NCBI GenBank assembly: GCA_045578815.1
Contig: JAZNKZ010000097.1
Span: 10,430-74,429, forward strand
Source: Paludibacteraceae bacterium
GTDB lineage: Bacteria > Bacteroidota > Bacteroidia > Bacteroidales > Paludibacteraceae
Reading direction: 5' to 3'
Length of the DNA: 64,000 nt
Positions 19,452 through 28,403 of this stretch are shown piece by piece. Position numbers and translations under genes: made by a program. Position 1 is the stretch's first letter, and the number at the start of each line of letters is the position of its first letter. Below the pieces are notes generated by a model that saw only the letters and a list, made by a program, of their open reading frames with translations, had not been told where the DNA came from and ran no database searches.

Positions 19452-20102
19452 ATGACTATTTTCGATTATATAGAGCAACATTCTTCTCCCGAAAATGATG
19501 TACTCAAACAGATTACTCGTAGCACGCACCTCGAAGTAATCAACCCCCGCATGTTATCTGGACATGTACAAGGACGCGTACTTAGTATGTTCAGTCAAAT
19601 GATTCGACCTCAACGGATAGTAGAGTTAGGAACTTTCACGGGATACTCTGCACTATGCTTGGCGGAAGGACTTACGGAGAATGGAAAGCTCATTACCATT
19701 GAGCACAACGATGAGATGGAACCTACCATTCTTCGTAATCTCGCACTTTCACCATTAGGTGAAAAAATCGAACTAGTGATTGGAGATGCCAAAGAGGAAT
19801 TGAGGCAATTAGGCGAGAGGCTAGAGGTGTTTGATTTGGTGTTCATTGACGCCGACAAAAAGGAATATTGCGATTACCTCGATTTAATACTCCCTTTGAC
19901 ACGTCCTGGCGGATGGATTCTTGCGGACAACACCCTATGGGATGGACACATTATTGACACTGCTTATGACAAAGACAAACAAACAATCGCCCTCCGTGCA
20001 TTTAACGACAAAGTTATGCAAGACGAGCGATTAGAAAAAGTTATCCTCCCTCTTCGTGACGGACTTACCATAATTAGGAAGAAATACTCTACCAATAATT
20101 AG
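19452..20102 (+). CDS. class I SAM-dependent O-methyltransferase (caffeoyl-CoA OMT / YrrM type)
   Basis: ELGTFTGYSALCLAEGL (SAM motif I) and FIDADKKEY. ATG at 19452 lies 20 nt downstream of a TActTTTG box. The longer ORF in the track starts inside the promoter region. Confidence 0.85.
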   Translation: MTIFDYIEQHSSPENDVLKQITRSTHLEVINPRMLSGHVQGRVLSMFSQMIRPQRIVELGTFTGYSALCLAEGLTENGKLITIEHNDEMEPTILRNLALSPLGEKIELVIGDAKEELRQLGERLEVFDLVFIDADKKEYCDYLDLILPLTRPGGWILADNTLWDGHIIDTAYDKDKQTIALRAFNDKVMQDERLEKVILPLRDGLTIIRKKYSTNN

Positions 20103-20130
20103 TGATTAGTTAGTGATTAGTTAGTGATTC
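20098..20130. repeat. period-11 word array (TAGTGATTAGT)n spanning two convergent stop codons
   Basis: Sequence attagtgattagttagtgattagttagtgattc. It supplies the stop of the O-methyltransferase gene (TAG) and the last codons and stop of folC (..LTNH*). All six frames are closed. Confidence 0.85.
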
Positions 20131-21459
20131 CAACACTTTCACCTTGTTTGGCGAGTATTCCTGTAAAAGTTCGCCAACAACATAATTGCTACCGCCAATA
20201 AAGATAACATCTTCATTTGCCGCATCTTTTTGTGCTGCATAAAACGCAGCTATCACAGAGTCAAAACACTGATTCTCACTATGTTGAGGATGAGCAGAAA
20301 GCCACATTCCTTGTAGTTCTTTCACCGGGAAAGCACGAGATGTACTAGGTTGGGTAAAATAATAAACCGCATTATCTGGCAACAAACCCAACACCACATC
20401 AATATCTTTGTCGCCTACCATTCCAAGAACTATTCTTAAGCGACAAGATGACAACATTACGATATGGTTTAGTTGCTCTGCTACGTAACGAATACCATGC
20501 CCATTATGTCCTGTATCACAAATAATTAGCGGAGACTGCGACAGCACTTCCCACCTTCCTCTAAGCCCCGTTAGAGTACACACTTTAGCAAAACCTTCAG
20601 CAATAGCATTTTTAGAAACAGCTACACCACAATAATTACTAAGTACCTGTAGCGTGACGAAAGCCGTTTGCTGATTTTTGTCTTGATATATTCCTTTTAA
20701 TTGACATTCAGGAACTTCCTTCAATCTGCGTTTACGCATATAGCCACATTGGTCGGCAAACCAAATACGACAATCGGTCGTTTCAAGTCCACCACCTATT
20801 ATATTGCAATCGCGCGCACGAGAGAGAAACACTGCCTGTGTTTCGGGATGTGTTTCGCCAATCACACATGGAACATTAGGCTTGATTATGCCTGCTTTTT
20901 CAATTGCAATTTTAGGAAGTGTATCACCCAAAAACTCTGTATGATCAATACCAATATTTGTAATCACAGACACTAGCGGATTAAGGATATTCGTACTATC
21001 CAAACGTCCACCAAGACCCACTTCAACAACAGCTATATCTACTTGCTGTTCAACAAAATACCAAAATGCCATTGCCATGGTCGTCTCAAAAAAAGATGGG
21101 CGTACCTCATCCAAAAACGCTCGGTTATCTGCTACAAATTGTATAACTGTTTTTTGGGGAATCATCTCGCCCGAAATACGGATTCGTTCACGAAAATCCA
21201 CCAAATGCGGCGAAGTAAACAACCCTACCCTGTATCCCTGCGCTTGCAAAGCAGCAGCAATGAGGTGAGAAGTTGATCCTTTACCATTGGTACCCGCCAC
21301 ATGCACCGTACGTAACTTATCCTGCGGATTACCTAGATGATTTAGAAGACGATATGTATTCTCCAAACCAGGTTTATACGCCGCAGAGCCCACCAAATGG
21401 AAGGCGGGCTGCGACGCATATAAATAATTTATAGCAGACTGGTAATCAGCAAAATACAT
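20110..21459 (-). CDS. folC: bifunctional folylpolyglutamate synthase / dihydrofolate synthase
   Basis: Mur-ligase P-loop VAGTNGKGST, with HLVDFRERI and ITNIGIDHTEFLG motifs. Confidence 0.88.
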   Translation of the reverse strand: MYFADYQSAINYLYASQPAFHLVGSAAYKPGLENTYRLLNHLGNPQDKLRTVHVAGTNGKGSTSHLIAAALQAQGYRVGLFTSPHLVDFRERIRISGEMIPQKTVIQFVADNRAFLDEVRPSFFETTMAMAFWYFVEQQVDIAVVEVGLGGRLDSTNILNPLVSVITNIGIDHTEFLGDTLPKIAIEKAGIIKPNVPCVIGETHPETQAVFLSRARDCNIIGGGLETTDCRIWFADQCGYMRKRRLKEVPECQLKGIYQDKNQQTAFVTLQVLSNYCGVAVSKNAIAEGFAKVCTLTGLRGRWEVLSQSPLIICDTGHNGHGIRYVAEQLNHIVMLSSCRLRIVLGMVGDKDIDVVLGLLPDNAVYYFTQPSTSRAFPVKELQGMWLSAHPQHSENQCFDSVIAAFYAAQKDAANEDVIFIGGSNYVVGELLQEYSPNKVKVLESLTNH

Positions 21460-21465
21460 ACAATC

Positions 21466-21900
21466 TTAGTCTTCTATTCCAAGAAAGTGCCCCTCAAGAT
21501 CAAAAAGCAGTTCTAGACCATTACTTAATTCAATTTTTATCCGACGATGTCCTATTGCATACTCCACTACAAACTTATTTGGATAATGCAAATTAACATA
21601 CTGCAAAATCGTCTCAGGAACAATTCCTTCTGGTATTGGAGACACACGACAGTCTATTGATTTGAGATTACCTTGATAATCAAATTCAATCTCGGTTGCA
21701 TCTTGTAGATACACATTATACTCATGATGCAGGCCATCGCGTTCGCGCTCAATATGTGCAATATCTGTAACATTAAAATACTGCTGTACAAAGGTTTGTG
21801 CTTGCACAGGAAGCTCTGAATAAGTTATCAACTGATGGCGATCAGCACATGCAGTCAATGTCAGTGTAAGGGTTGCCAATATGGCCAAAATCTTTTTCAT
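21466..21900 (-). CDS. PepSY-like (DUF2874-type) periplasmic protein
   Basis: Signal/lipoprotein peptide (LTLTACAD). Two roughly 60-aa halves resemble the tandem PepSY-like/BLIP-like fold as I recall it. No catalytic motif. Confidence 0.55.
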   Translation of the reverse strand: MKKILAILATLTLTLTACADRHQLITYSELPVQAQTFVQQYFNVTDIAHIERERDGLHHEYNVYLQDATEIEFDYQGNLKSIDCRVSPIPEGIVPETILQYVNLHYPNKFVVEYAIGHRRIKIELSNGLELLFDLEGHFLGIED

Positions 21901-22115
21901 GATAGTTCAGTTTTAATGGGTTTATATTTATTTTGTATTTATTTTACTTAAATATATACAAAAATCATGCCAAAAAAATAAAAGAACAAAACTTTAAGAG
22001 CGCCCAAACTCTTGTAATATTTTGAATTGTGGCATAAAATGATAGAAAAAGACTCTTTTTCTTCCAATAATTGACAAAATGAATTGCAAAATTTGCACAT
22101 ATTAGAAAAAAGCAG

Positions 22116-22123
22116 TACCTTTG
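22116..22123 (+). promoter_or_regulatory. -7 box TAcCTTTG (dxs), with an upstream TTTG about 20 nt away
   Basis: Sequence aaaaaagcagTACCTTTGcaagcc. A TTTG at 22092-22095 is in the position of a -33 element. Confidence 0.6.
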
Positions 22124-22139
22124 CAAGCCACTCGTACGT

Positions 22140-24107
22140 ATGCATGCGCATGACGCATACAAGGCGTTTGTTTTTGGTCTAATAATCAATAATAGGATAT
22201 TAATTTTGGAATACCAATATTTAAATAACATATACTTCCCTTGTGATCTCAAAGCCTTACCCAAAAAGGCTTTACCGCGGGTTTGTGATGAACTCCGAGA
22301 TTTCATCATTCAACAATTGAGCCACAATCCAGGACATTTAGGTTCTTCATTAGGCACTATAGAATTAACTGTTGCACTACATTATGTATTTGACACACCT
22401 AATGATCAGATAGTGTGGGATGTAGGGCACCAAGCATATGCGCATAAGATTTTAACAGGCAGGCGCACGCGTTTCCATACAAATCGCCAATTTAAAGGCA
22501 TAGCCCCTTTTCCATCGCCAATGGAAAGCGAATACGATGCATTTATCGCGGGGCATGCCAGTAATAGTATTTCAGCAGCATTAGGCATTGAGATTGGGAA
22601 TGAAGCCAAAGGTGAGAATAAACGTGTAGTGGCAGTGATTGGCGATGGAGCGATGACAGGTGGGTTGGCGTTTGAAGGATTAAACAACACGTCAATGAAT
22701 AAGAACAACTTACTCATCGTACTCAATGACAATAACATGGCTATTGACCCCATCAAAGGTGGATTTACACAATATCTGGTTGACCTTACAACAAGCACTC
22801 AATACAACAAATGGAGATGGAGGGGCTATAATATTGCTCGCAAATTGCACATCATCAATGAAGATAAAAAAGGTCGTGTGCAACGATTCTTCAACAACAT
22901 CAAAGGTTTATTAACAAAACAAGGAAACAATATTTTCCAAGGGCTAAACCTACGATATTTCGGTCCTGCAGATGGGCATGATGTGTTAAGTTTGGTTCGG
23001 ATATTCGATGAGATTAAAGATTACAATGGTCCGAAAGTGTTACATATCATTACAAAAAAGGGTAAAGGATATGAACCCGCAGAAAATGACCAAACCATAT
23101 GGCATGCACCAGGAGAGTTTAGTGTAGAAACAGGCGAAAGGTTAAAGGCGAAAAGCGAAAGGCAAGAGAAATTGTGGCAAGATGTTTTTGGAGAGCATTT
23201 ACTAGCATTAGCAAAAGAAGATAATCACATAGTAGGCGTAACGCCAGCAATGCCGAGTGGATGCAGCATGAATATCATGCAAAAAGAGCTACCAAAGCGA
23301 GTATTCGACGTAGGAATTGCAGAAGGACATGCCGTGACATTCTCTGCCGGCATGGCAAAGGCAGGTTTAGTGCCATTTTGCAACATCTACTCTAGTTTCC
23401 TGCAACGCGCCTATGATAATCTCATCCACGATGTGGCACTACCGAATCTACATGTTGTATTATGCATCGACCGCGCTGGTATAGTTGGTAATGACGGAGC
23501 CACACACCATGGTCTATTGGATTTAGCATATTTGCGACCCATCCCTAACATGGTCATCGGTGCGCCCATGACAGCAGATGACCTCCGTGACATGATGACG
23601 ATAGCCAAAGAACACGATGGCCCAATATCCATTCGTTATCCTAGAGGTAGAACCAGCGAGCCACCATACCCATTCACAACTCATGTAGAATTAGGCAAAG
23701 GCGAATGTCTCCGCAAAGGCAAGAGAGTAGCCATATTGAGTCTTGGTGCTATTGGCAATACAGTGGCTCATGCCATTGACATGGCTACAACGACCATCCA
23801 AGATGGAGCATATGACACTTTTGCCCACTACGATATGCGTTGGTTAAAACCTATAGATGATAATCTATTGAAAGAAGTGGCAGAAAACTTCGAAACCATT
23901 ATAACCGCAGAAGATGGCGTTATTACAGGGGGGCTTGGTAGTGCAGTTTTGGAATGGATGGCTAATAAAAGTTACACTCCAAAAGTGATTCGATTAGGTG
24001 TGAATGATCAATTTGTTGAGCATGGCAGTACAAAGGAATTGTATAATTTATTAAAACTAGATAAAGAAGGTATATGCGAATCATTATTGCAGGCGCTGGA
24101 GCAGTAG
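22140..24107 (+). CDS. dxs: 1-deoxy-D-xylulose-5-phosphate synthase
   Basis: GHLGSSLG, GHQAYAHKILTGR, the TPP motif GDGAMTGGLAFEGLNN, and IAEGHAVTFSAGMA. The start is uncertain: ATG 22140 lies 17 nt after a TAcCTTTG box, and an in-frame TTG at 22206 would give a canonical-length N-terminus. Confidence 0.93.
   Translation: MHAHDAYKAFVFGLIINNRILILEYQYLNNIYFPCDLKALPKKALPRVCDELRDFIIQQLSHNPGHLGSSLGTIELTVALHYVFDTPNDQIVWDVGHQAYAHKILTGRRTRFHTNRQFKGIAPFPSPMESEYDAFIAGHASNSISAALGIEIGNEAKGENKRVVAVIGDGAMTGGLAFEGLNNTSMNKNNLLIVLNDNNMAIDPIKGGFTQYLVDLTTSTQYNKWRWRGYNIARKLHIINEDKKGRVQRFFNNIKGLLTKQGNNIFQGLNLRYFGPADGHDVLSLVRIFDEIKDYNGPKVLHIITKKGKGYEPAENDQTIWHAPGEFSVETGERLKAKSERQEKLWQDVFGEHLLALAKEDNHIVGVTPAMPSGCSMNIMQKELPKRVFDVGIAEGHAVTFSAGMAKAGLVPFCNIYSSFLQRAYDNLIHDVALPNLHVVLCIDRAGIVGNDGATHHGLLDLAYLRPIPNMVIGAPMTADDLRDMMTIAKEHDGPISIRYPRGRTSEPPYPFTTHVELGKGECLRKGKRVAILSLGAIGNTVAHAIDMATTTIQDGAYDTFAHYDMRWLKPIDDNLLKEVAENFETIITAEDGVITGGLGSAVLEWMANKSYTPKVIRLGVNDQFVEHGSTKELYNLLKLDKEGICESLLQALEQ
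23133..23171 (+). repeat. in-frame GGCGAAAG-type word array inside dxs
   Basis: Sequence ggcgaaaggttaaaggcgaaaagcgaaaggcaagagaaa, encoding GERLKAKSERQEK. Same word family as 1721-1757. Confidence 0.8.
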
Positions 24108-25408
24108 GAAGACACTTGGCAAAACTATTGTCACGTGAAGATATGGATATTAGTCTTATTGACGATCGCCAAGATCGTCTTGGTGATTTAGATGCGAATT
24201 ACGATCTACTTACCAAAGTAGGCAGTCCCACTTCTATTCTTGATTTAAAAAATATCGGTGTAAAAGATGCAGATCTTTTTATTGCCGTTATGCCGTCAGA
24301 ATCTGACAATATCACAGCTTGTTTGCTTGCCAATCAGTTAGGAGCTAAGAAGACATTGGCCCGCATTGATAATTACGAATATCTAATACCAGAAAATAAG
24401 CGCATCTTTGAACACATGGGTCTGAACCATCTGATTTATCCAGAGTTACTCGCGGCTCAAGAAATCACATCATCATTAAAGACTAATTGGATGCGCTATC
24501 ATTTGACCTTATGCAATGGTGCACTAGAATTATGCGTGGTAAAGGTTCGAGAAGGGGCAGAAGTAATTGGGAAACAGTTTATGTCTGGTTTTTTTAATCA
24601 TGGTTTTTATCGCGTTGTGGCAATCAAACGTGGACAAGAAACAATTATCCCTATAGGTCAAGATGAGATACAAGCAGATGATATGGTATATGCCGTATGT
24701 ACGCGGGAAAACATGAAAGTGCTGCGAGAACAATTAGGCAAACAAAAGAAAGAAATCAAGAATATTGTCTTTTTCGGAGGTTCTAAGATTGCGCAGAAAA
24801 CAGTGCAAAACTTGCCTGAAGATTTGAACATCAAGATCTTAGAGGCCGATCGAGATCTATGCTATCACCTCAGCGAAAAAATAAATAACGCGCTAATAAT
24901 CAATGCAGACGGCAGTGATATGGCCGTATTAAAAGATGAAGGAATTGAGGATGCAGATGCATTCGTAGCTGTTACTAATAATAGTGAAGCCAACATTTTT
25001 GCATGTATGGCTGCCAAACGTTTTGGGGTCAAAAAAACTATCGCTGAAATTGAAAATATTGATTACATCTCAATGGCAGAAGGTTTAGAGATAGGTACGG
25101 TGCTAAACAAGAAGACGATTGCTGCATCCTACATATATCAAATGCTTTTAGATGCGAGCGTGCTAAATGTACGCAATTTAACAAGTGCGGATGCAGAGAT
25201 AGTAGAGTTTATGGCAGAAGAAGGTAGCCGTATCACAAAGGCAAAAATCCGCGACATGCGCTTGCCTGCCGACACCAATATCGGTGCCATTGTTCGTGCA
25301 GGCGAAGGAATATTAGTAAACGGCAATACACAAATTCTACAGGGTGATCAAGTAGTGGTATTCTGCAAAAGTCAAGTAATTAGACAACTAGAAAAATTCT
25401 TTAAATAA
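24074..25408 (+). CDS. trkA: Trk system potassium uptake protein TrkA
   Basis: Two Rossmann repeats (MRIIIAGAGAVGRHLA; IVFFGGSKIAQ), each with an RCK_C-like region. The start overlaps the dxs 3' end by 34 nt. Confidence 0.9.
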   Translation: MRIIIAGAGAVGRHLAKLLSREDMDISLIDDRQDRLGDLDANYDLLTKVGSPTSILDLKNIGVKDADLFIAVMPSESDNITACLLANQLGAKKTLARIDNYEYLIPENKRIFEHMGLNHLIYPELLAAQEITSSLKTNWMRYHLTLCNGALELCVVKVREGAEVIGKQFMSGFFNHGFYRVVAIKRGQETIIPIGQDEIQADDMVYAVCTRENMKVLREQLGKQKKEIKNIVFFGGSKIAQKTVQNLPEDLNIKILEADRDLCYHLSEKINNALIINADGSDMAVLKDEGIEDADAFVAVTNNSEANIFACMAAKRFGVKKTIAEIENIDYISMAEGLEIGTVLNKKTIAASYIYQMLLDASVLNVRNLTSADAEIVEFMAEEGSRITKAKIRDMRLPADTNIGAIVRAGEGILVNGNTQILQGDQVVVFCKSQVIRQLEKFFK

Positions 25409-25414
25409 GTTAAC

Positions 25415-26884
25415 ATGACACGTACCTTCAACACACGCATGGTGTTTCGCACAATGGGTGCACTGCTTTTAATAGAAGCAGTCTTTATGGCACTTGCCTG
25501 GGGCATCAGTTTGTGGTATGGTGAGGCTGATAGTGGGATTTTTTTACTATCAACCCTTATCACATTACTTGCTGGTATAATAGGTTTGTGTATAGGTCGA
25601 CATGCTGAATCACGCATGGGCGAAAGAGAGGGTTATGTGATTGTGGCAATGGTCTGGGTCGTGTTCTCTGCATTTGGTTTGTTACCCTACTACTTAAGCG
25701 GGCAAGTGCCGAGTTTAACAGATGCATGGTTTGAGAGCATGTCTGGCTTTACAACCACTGGGGCGACAATCATCCCAGATTTGGAGATAATCACGCATGG
25801 TTTGTTATTTTGGCGTTCGCTAACGCAATGGATTGGCGGTATGGGAATCATCGTGCTGTCAATTGCAATTTTGCCTATATTTGGTTTGAATGGCATGCAG
25901 TTGTATGCTGCCGAGGTGTCGGGACTAACCTACGAGAAGGTGTCTCCTCGCATATCGGATACAGCGAAAATGATGTGGAGCATATATGTATTGCTGACCG
26001 CCACGGAAGTATTCGCATTGTGGCTATGCGATATGGATTTGTTTGATGCAGTATGCCACTCATTCTCAACGATTGCGACAGGCGGTTTCTCTACGCATAA
26101 CAACAGTTTGGAGTTCTATGATTCCGCAGCTATTCATTACACGGTAACGCTGTTTATGTTTGTTTCGGGTATTAACTTCGTGATGCTGATATATTTGCTC
26201 CGCGGAAAGACTCGTAATATCATTCAAGATGAGGAGGTGCGATGGTATAGCGTGGCAGTATTGGTGTTTTCGGTCTTGTTGACTCTGGGGTTGTATATTG
26301 CTCGTCCGGGCTGGACAGGTATGCAAATGGAGCGTGCATTTAGGGATAGTATCTTCACCGTGATTAGCGCGATGACTTCTACGGGATATACAATATCCGA
26401 CTATATGTATTGGCCAGTTGTGGCATGGGTATTGATATTTTTCTTGATGCTGACGGGCGCATGTGCAGGCAGTACAGCAGGTGGTATCAAGTGGGTGCGA
26501 TTGGCAATCATCTTGAAGAATAGTGTTGCGGAATTTCAACGTCGCATTCACCCAAATGCTATTATCCCTGTGAAGTTAAACGAGAAGGCAGTACCACAAC
26601 AGACAATTAACAATATCATGGCGTTTTTGATTTTGTACATCTTTATCATCGTTGCAACGGTGGTTATATTCTGCGCAACGGGTGTTGATTTTGATGAATC
26701 GATAGGTGCTGCAGTTTCTGCTATTGGCAATGTGGGTATTAGTATTGGGCAATTTGGTCCCGCAGGTACATATGCCGAATTTCCAACTGTAGCCAAATGG
26801 GCAATGAGTTTTGTAATGTTAATCGGCCGTTTAGAGATATTTACAGTATTGTTGCTCTTCACAAGAGTATTGTGGAAGAAATAA
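25415..26884 (+). CDS. trkH: TrkH family potassium transporter
   Basis: Polytopic membrane protein with repeated selectivity-filter-like motifs (MSGFTTTGAT, TIATGGFST, MTSTGYT, GSTAGGIK). Confidence 0.9.
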   Translation: MTRTFNTRMVFRTMGALLLIEAVFMALAWGISLWYGEADSGIFLLSTLITLLAGIIGLCIGRHAESRMGEREGYVIVAMVWVVFSAFGLLPYYLSGQVPSLTDAWFESMSGFTTTGATIIPDLEIITHGLLFWRSLTQWIGGMGIIVLSIAILPIFGLNGMQLYAAEVSGLTYEKVSPRISDTAKMMWSIYVLLTATEVFALWLCDMDLFDAVCHSFSTIATGGFSTHNNSLEFYDSAAIHYTVTLFMFVSGINFVMLIYLLRGKTRNIIQDEEVRWYSVAVLVFSVLLTLGLYIARPGWTGMQMERAFRDSIFTVISAMTSTGYTISDYMYWPVVAWVLIFFLMLTGACAGSTAGGIKWVRLAIILKNSVAEFQRRIHPNAIIPVKLNEKAVPQQTINNIMAFLILYIFIIVATVVIFCATGVDFDESIGAAVSAIGNVGISIGQFGPAGTYAEFPTVAKWAMSFVMLIGRLEIFTVLLLFTRVLWKK

Positions 26885-28399
26885 ATGAAGCCAAGATACA
26901 TCGCATATATTATTTGGATAGTAATAGCACTATTAGGTGTAATTTGTTGGTTAGTACCAGAAAAGGGCATTATTATTGGGAAATGGACTCTACGTTGGCC
27001 GACATTAACAGAGGTTTTATATTCGAACGATTCAGCCGATGACATTGCTATAGATACTACTTGGCTGGTGGAAAACACTAATAACTGGAATGATTCCATT
27101 CAATCCCCTTCTTTCAGTAGCCTAGAAGTACAACCACTACAGCCCAAATACCATTTATTTGATTCTACTTCCAATCTGCAGACTATAGACACCATCACTC
27201 ATATCAGTAAAAAATCCACAACAGATGCACAATCAAAACCCATCACTAATCCTTCAAAAGCAAATGATACCACCTCTGTAGTATCTTCAAATATTGACAC
27301 ACGCAAATATTTAACTGCATTTTACCAAGCACTAGACAATGCGGATAGGATGTCTATTCGCGTGGTGCATTATGGCGACTCCCAAATAGAAGAAGATCGT
27401 ATTACAGACATCTTGCGTGAGCGATGGCAAAGATCATTTGGCGGTGGTGGCGTAGGATTACTTCCTTTACATCAAACCGTAGCTACACGTAGCATACGTC
27501 AGTGGATATCAATAAATGGTGTAAAGCAACATAAGAAAGGAGGTCCCAAACGCCATCTTATTTATGGGCCCAATTCAATGCGCAAGAACGATGATGACTA
27601 TGGTGTCATGGGGCAAGTCGCGGTAATGGATAACGCGTTTGTTGAAGGCAGTGAAGATTTGATAATGCACATTTCCCCTGCAGGAAAGAAAGATGCGCCA
27701 CATAAGTTTTTCAGTCAAATACGATTGTTAACAAGCAATATTACAGGAAATATAATTGCAAATGACACGATAATAAAATGCGAGGCATCGGGTGTAACCA
27801 CTTTACCCAAACAAATAAGCCATTGTAAACTCCATTTACAAGGTAAAGGCAATGTATATGGTGTGAGTTTAGAAACACCGACAGGCGTGATTGTGGACAA
27901 CGTGCCAATGCGAGGATGTTCTGGAACAATTTTCTCTCGCATTGATAATACAATGCTTCATGAATACTTCACACAAACGAACACCCGACTAATCATCTTG
28001 CAATATGGAGGTAATATGATACCATATACCAACAGTAAATCTTCCATCAACGCATATGTAAGGAATTTACGTACACAGATACGATATATACGCAGTTGTG
28101 CTCCAGAGGCTTCTATATTATTTGTAGGTCCAAGTGATATGGCAACTCGAATTGATGGGAAATTAAAGACCTATCCAATGGTTCCATACTTGGATAAACA
28201 ATTAAGACTATTAGCAGAAGAAGAACATATTGGTTATTGGAGCATATATGAAGCAATGGGAGGATATAATAGTATGGTTCATTGGAAAGAAATTGGTTTG
28301 GCAGGCAGTGATTATGTGCACTTTACTCGCTCCGGAGCAAACAAAATAGGAAAAATGTTGGGTGAGTGGATTGACGCAGGAAAAGGGTTGTATAATTAA
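26885..28399 (+). CDS. SGNH/GDSL-type hydrolase with N-terminal TM anchor and Ser/Thr-rich linker
   Basis: Block I VHYGDSQIE (GDS), a block V-like DYVHFT (DxxH) near the C-terminus, and a TM helix at residues about 5-25. ATGA overlap with the trkH stop. Sits immediately upstream of an MBOAT gene. Confidence 0.6.
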   Translation: MKPRYIAYIIWIVIALLGVICWLVPEKGIIIGKWTLRWPTLTEVLYSNDSADDIAIDTTWLVENTNNWNDSIQSPSFSSLEVQPLQPKYHLFDSTSNLQTIDTITHISKKSTTDAQSKPITNPSKANDTTSVVSSNIDTRKYLTAFYQALDNADRMSIRVVHYGDSQIEEDRITDILRERWQRSFGGGGVGLLPLHQTVATRSIRQWISINGVKQHKKGGPKRHLIYGPNSMRKNDDDYGVMGQVAVMDNAFVEGSEDLIMHISPAGKKDAPHKFFSQIRLLTSNITGNIIANDTIIKCEASGVTTLPKQISHCKLHLQGKGNVYGVSLETPTGVIVDNVPMRGCSGTIFSRIDNTMLHEYFTQTNTRLIILQYGGNMIPYTNSKSSINAYVRNLRTQIRYIRSCAPEASILFVGPSDMATRIDGKLKTYPMVPYLDKQLRLLAEEEHIGYWSIYEAMGGYNSMVHWKEIGLAGSDYVHFTRSGANKIGKMLGEWIDAGKGLYN

Positions 28400-28403
28400 A
28401 AAA

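Noticed and set aside
21948-22309. Two minus-strand ORFs (67 and 114 aa) in the AT-rich region upstream of, and overlapping, the dxs start
   Set aside because: They overlap the dxs promoter and 5' coding region. The translations are low-complexity and Lys/Phe/Ile-rich, as expected from AT-rich DNA.
26548-27099. 183-aa minus-strand ORF across the trkH / SGNH-hydrolase junction
   Set aside because: It is antisense to two supported genes and shows no signal or motif.
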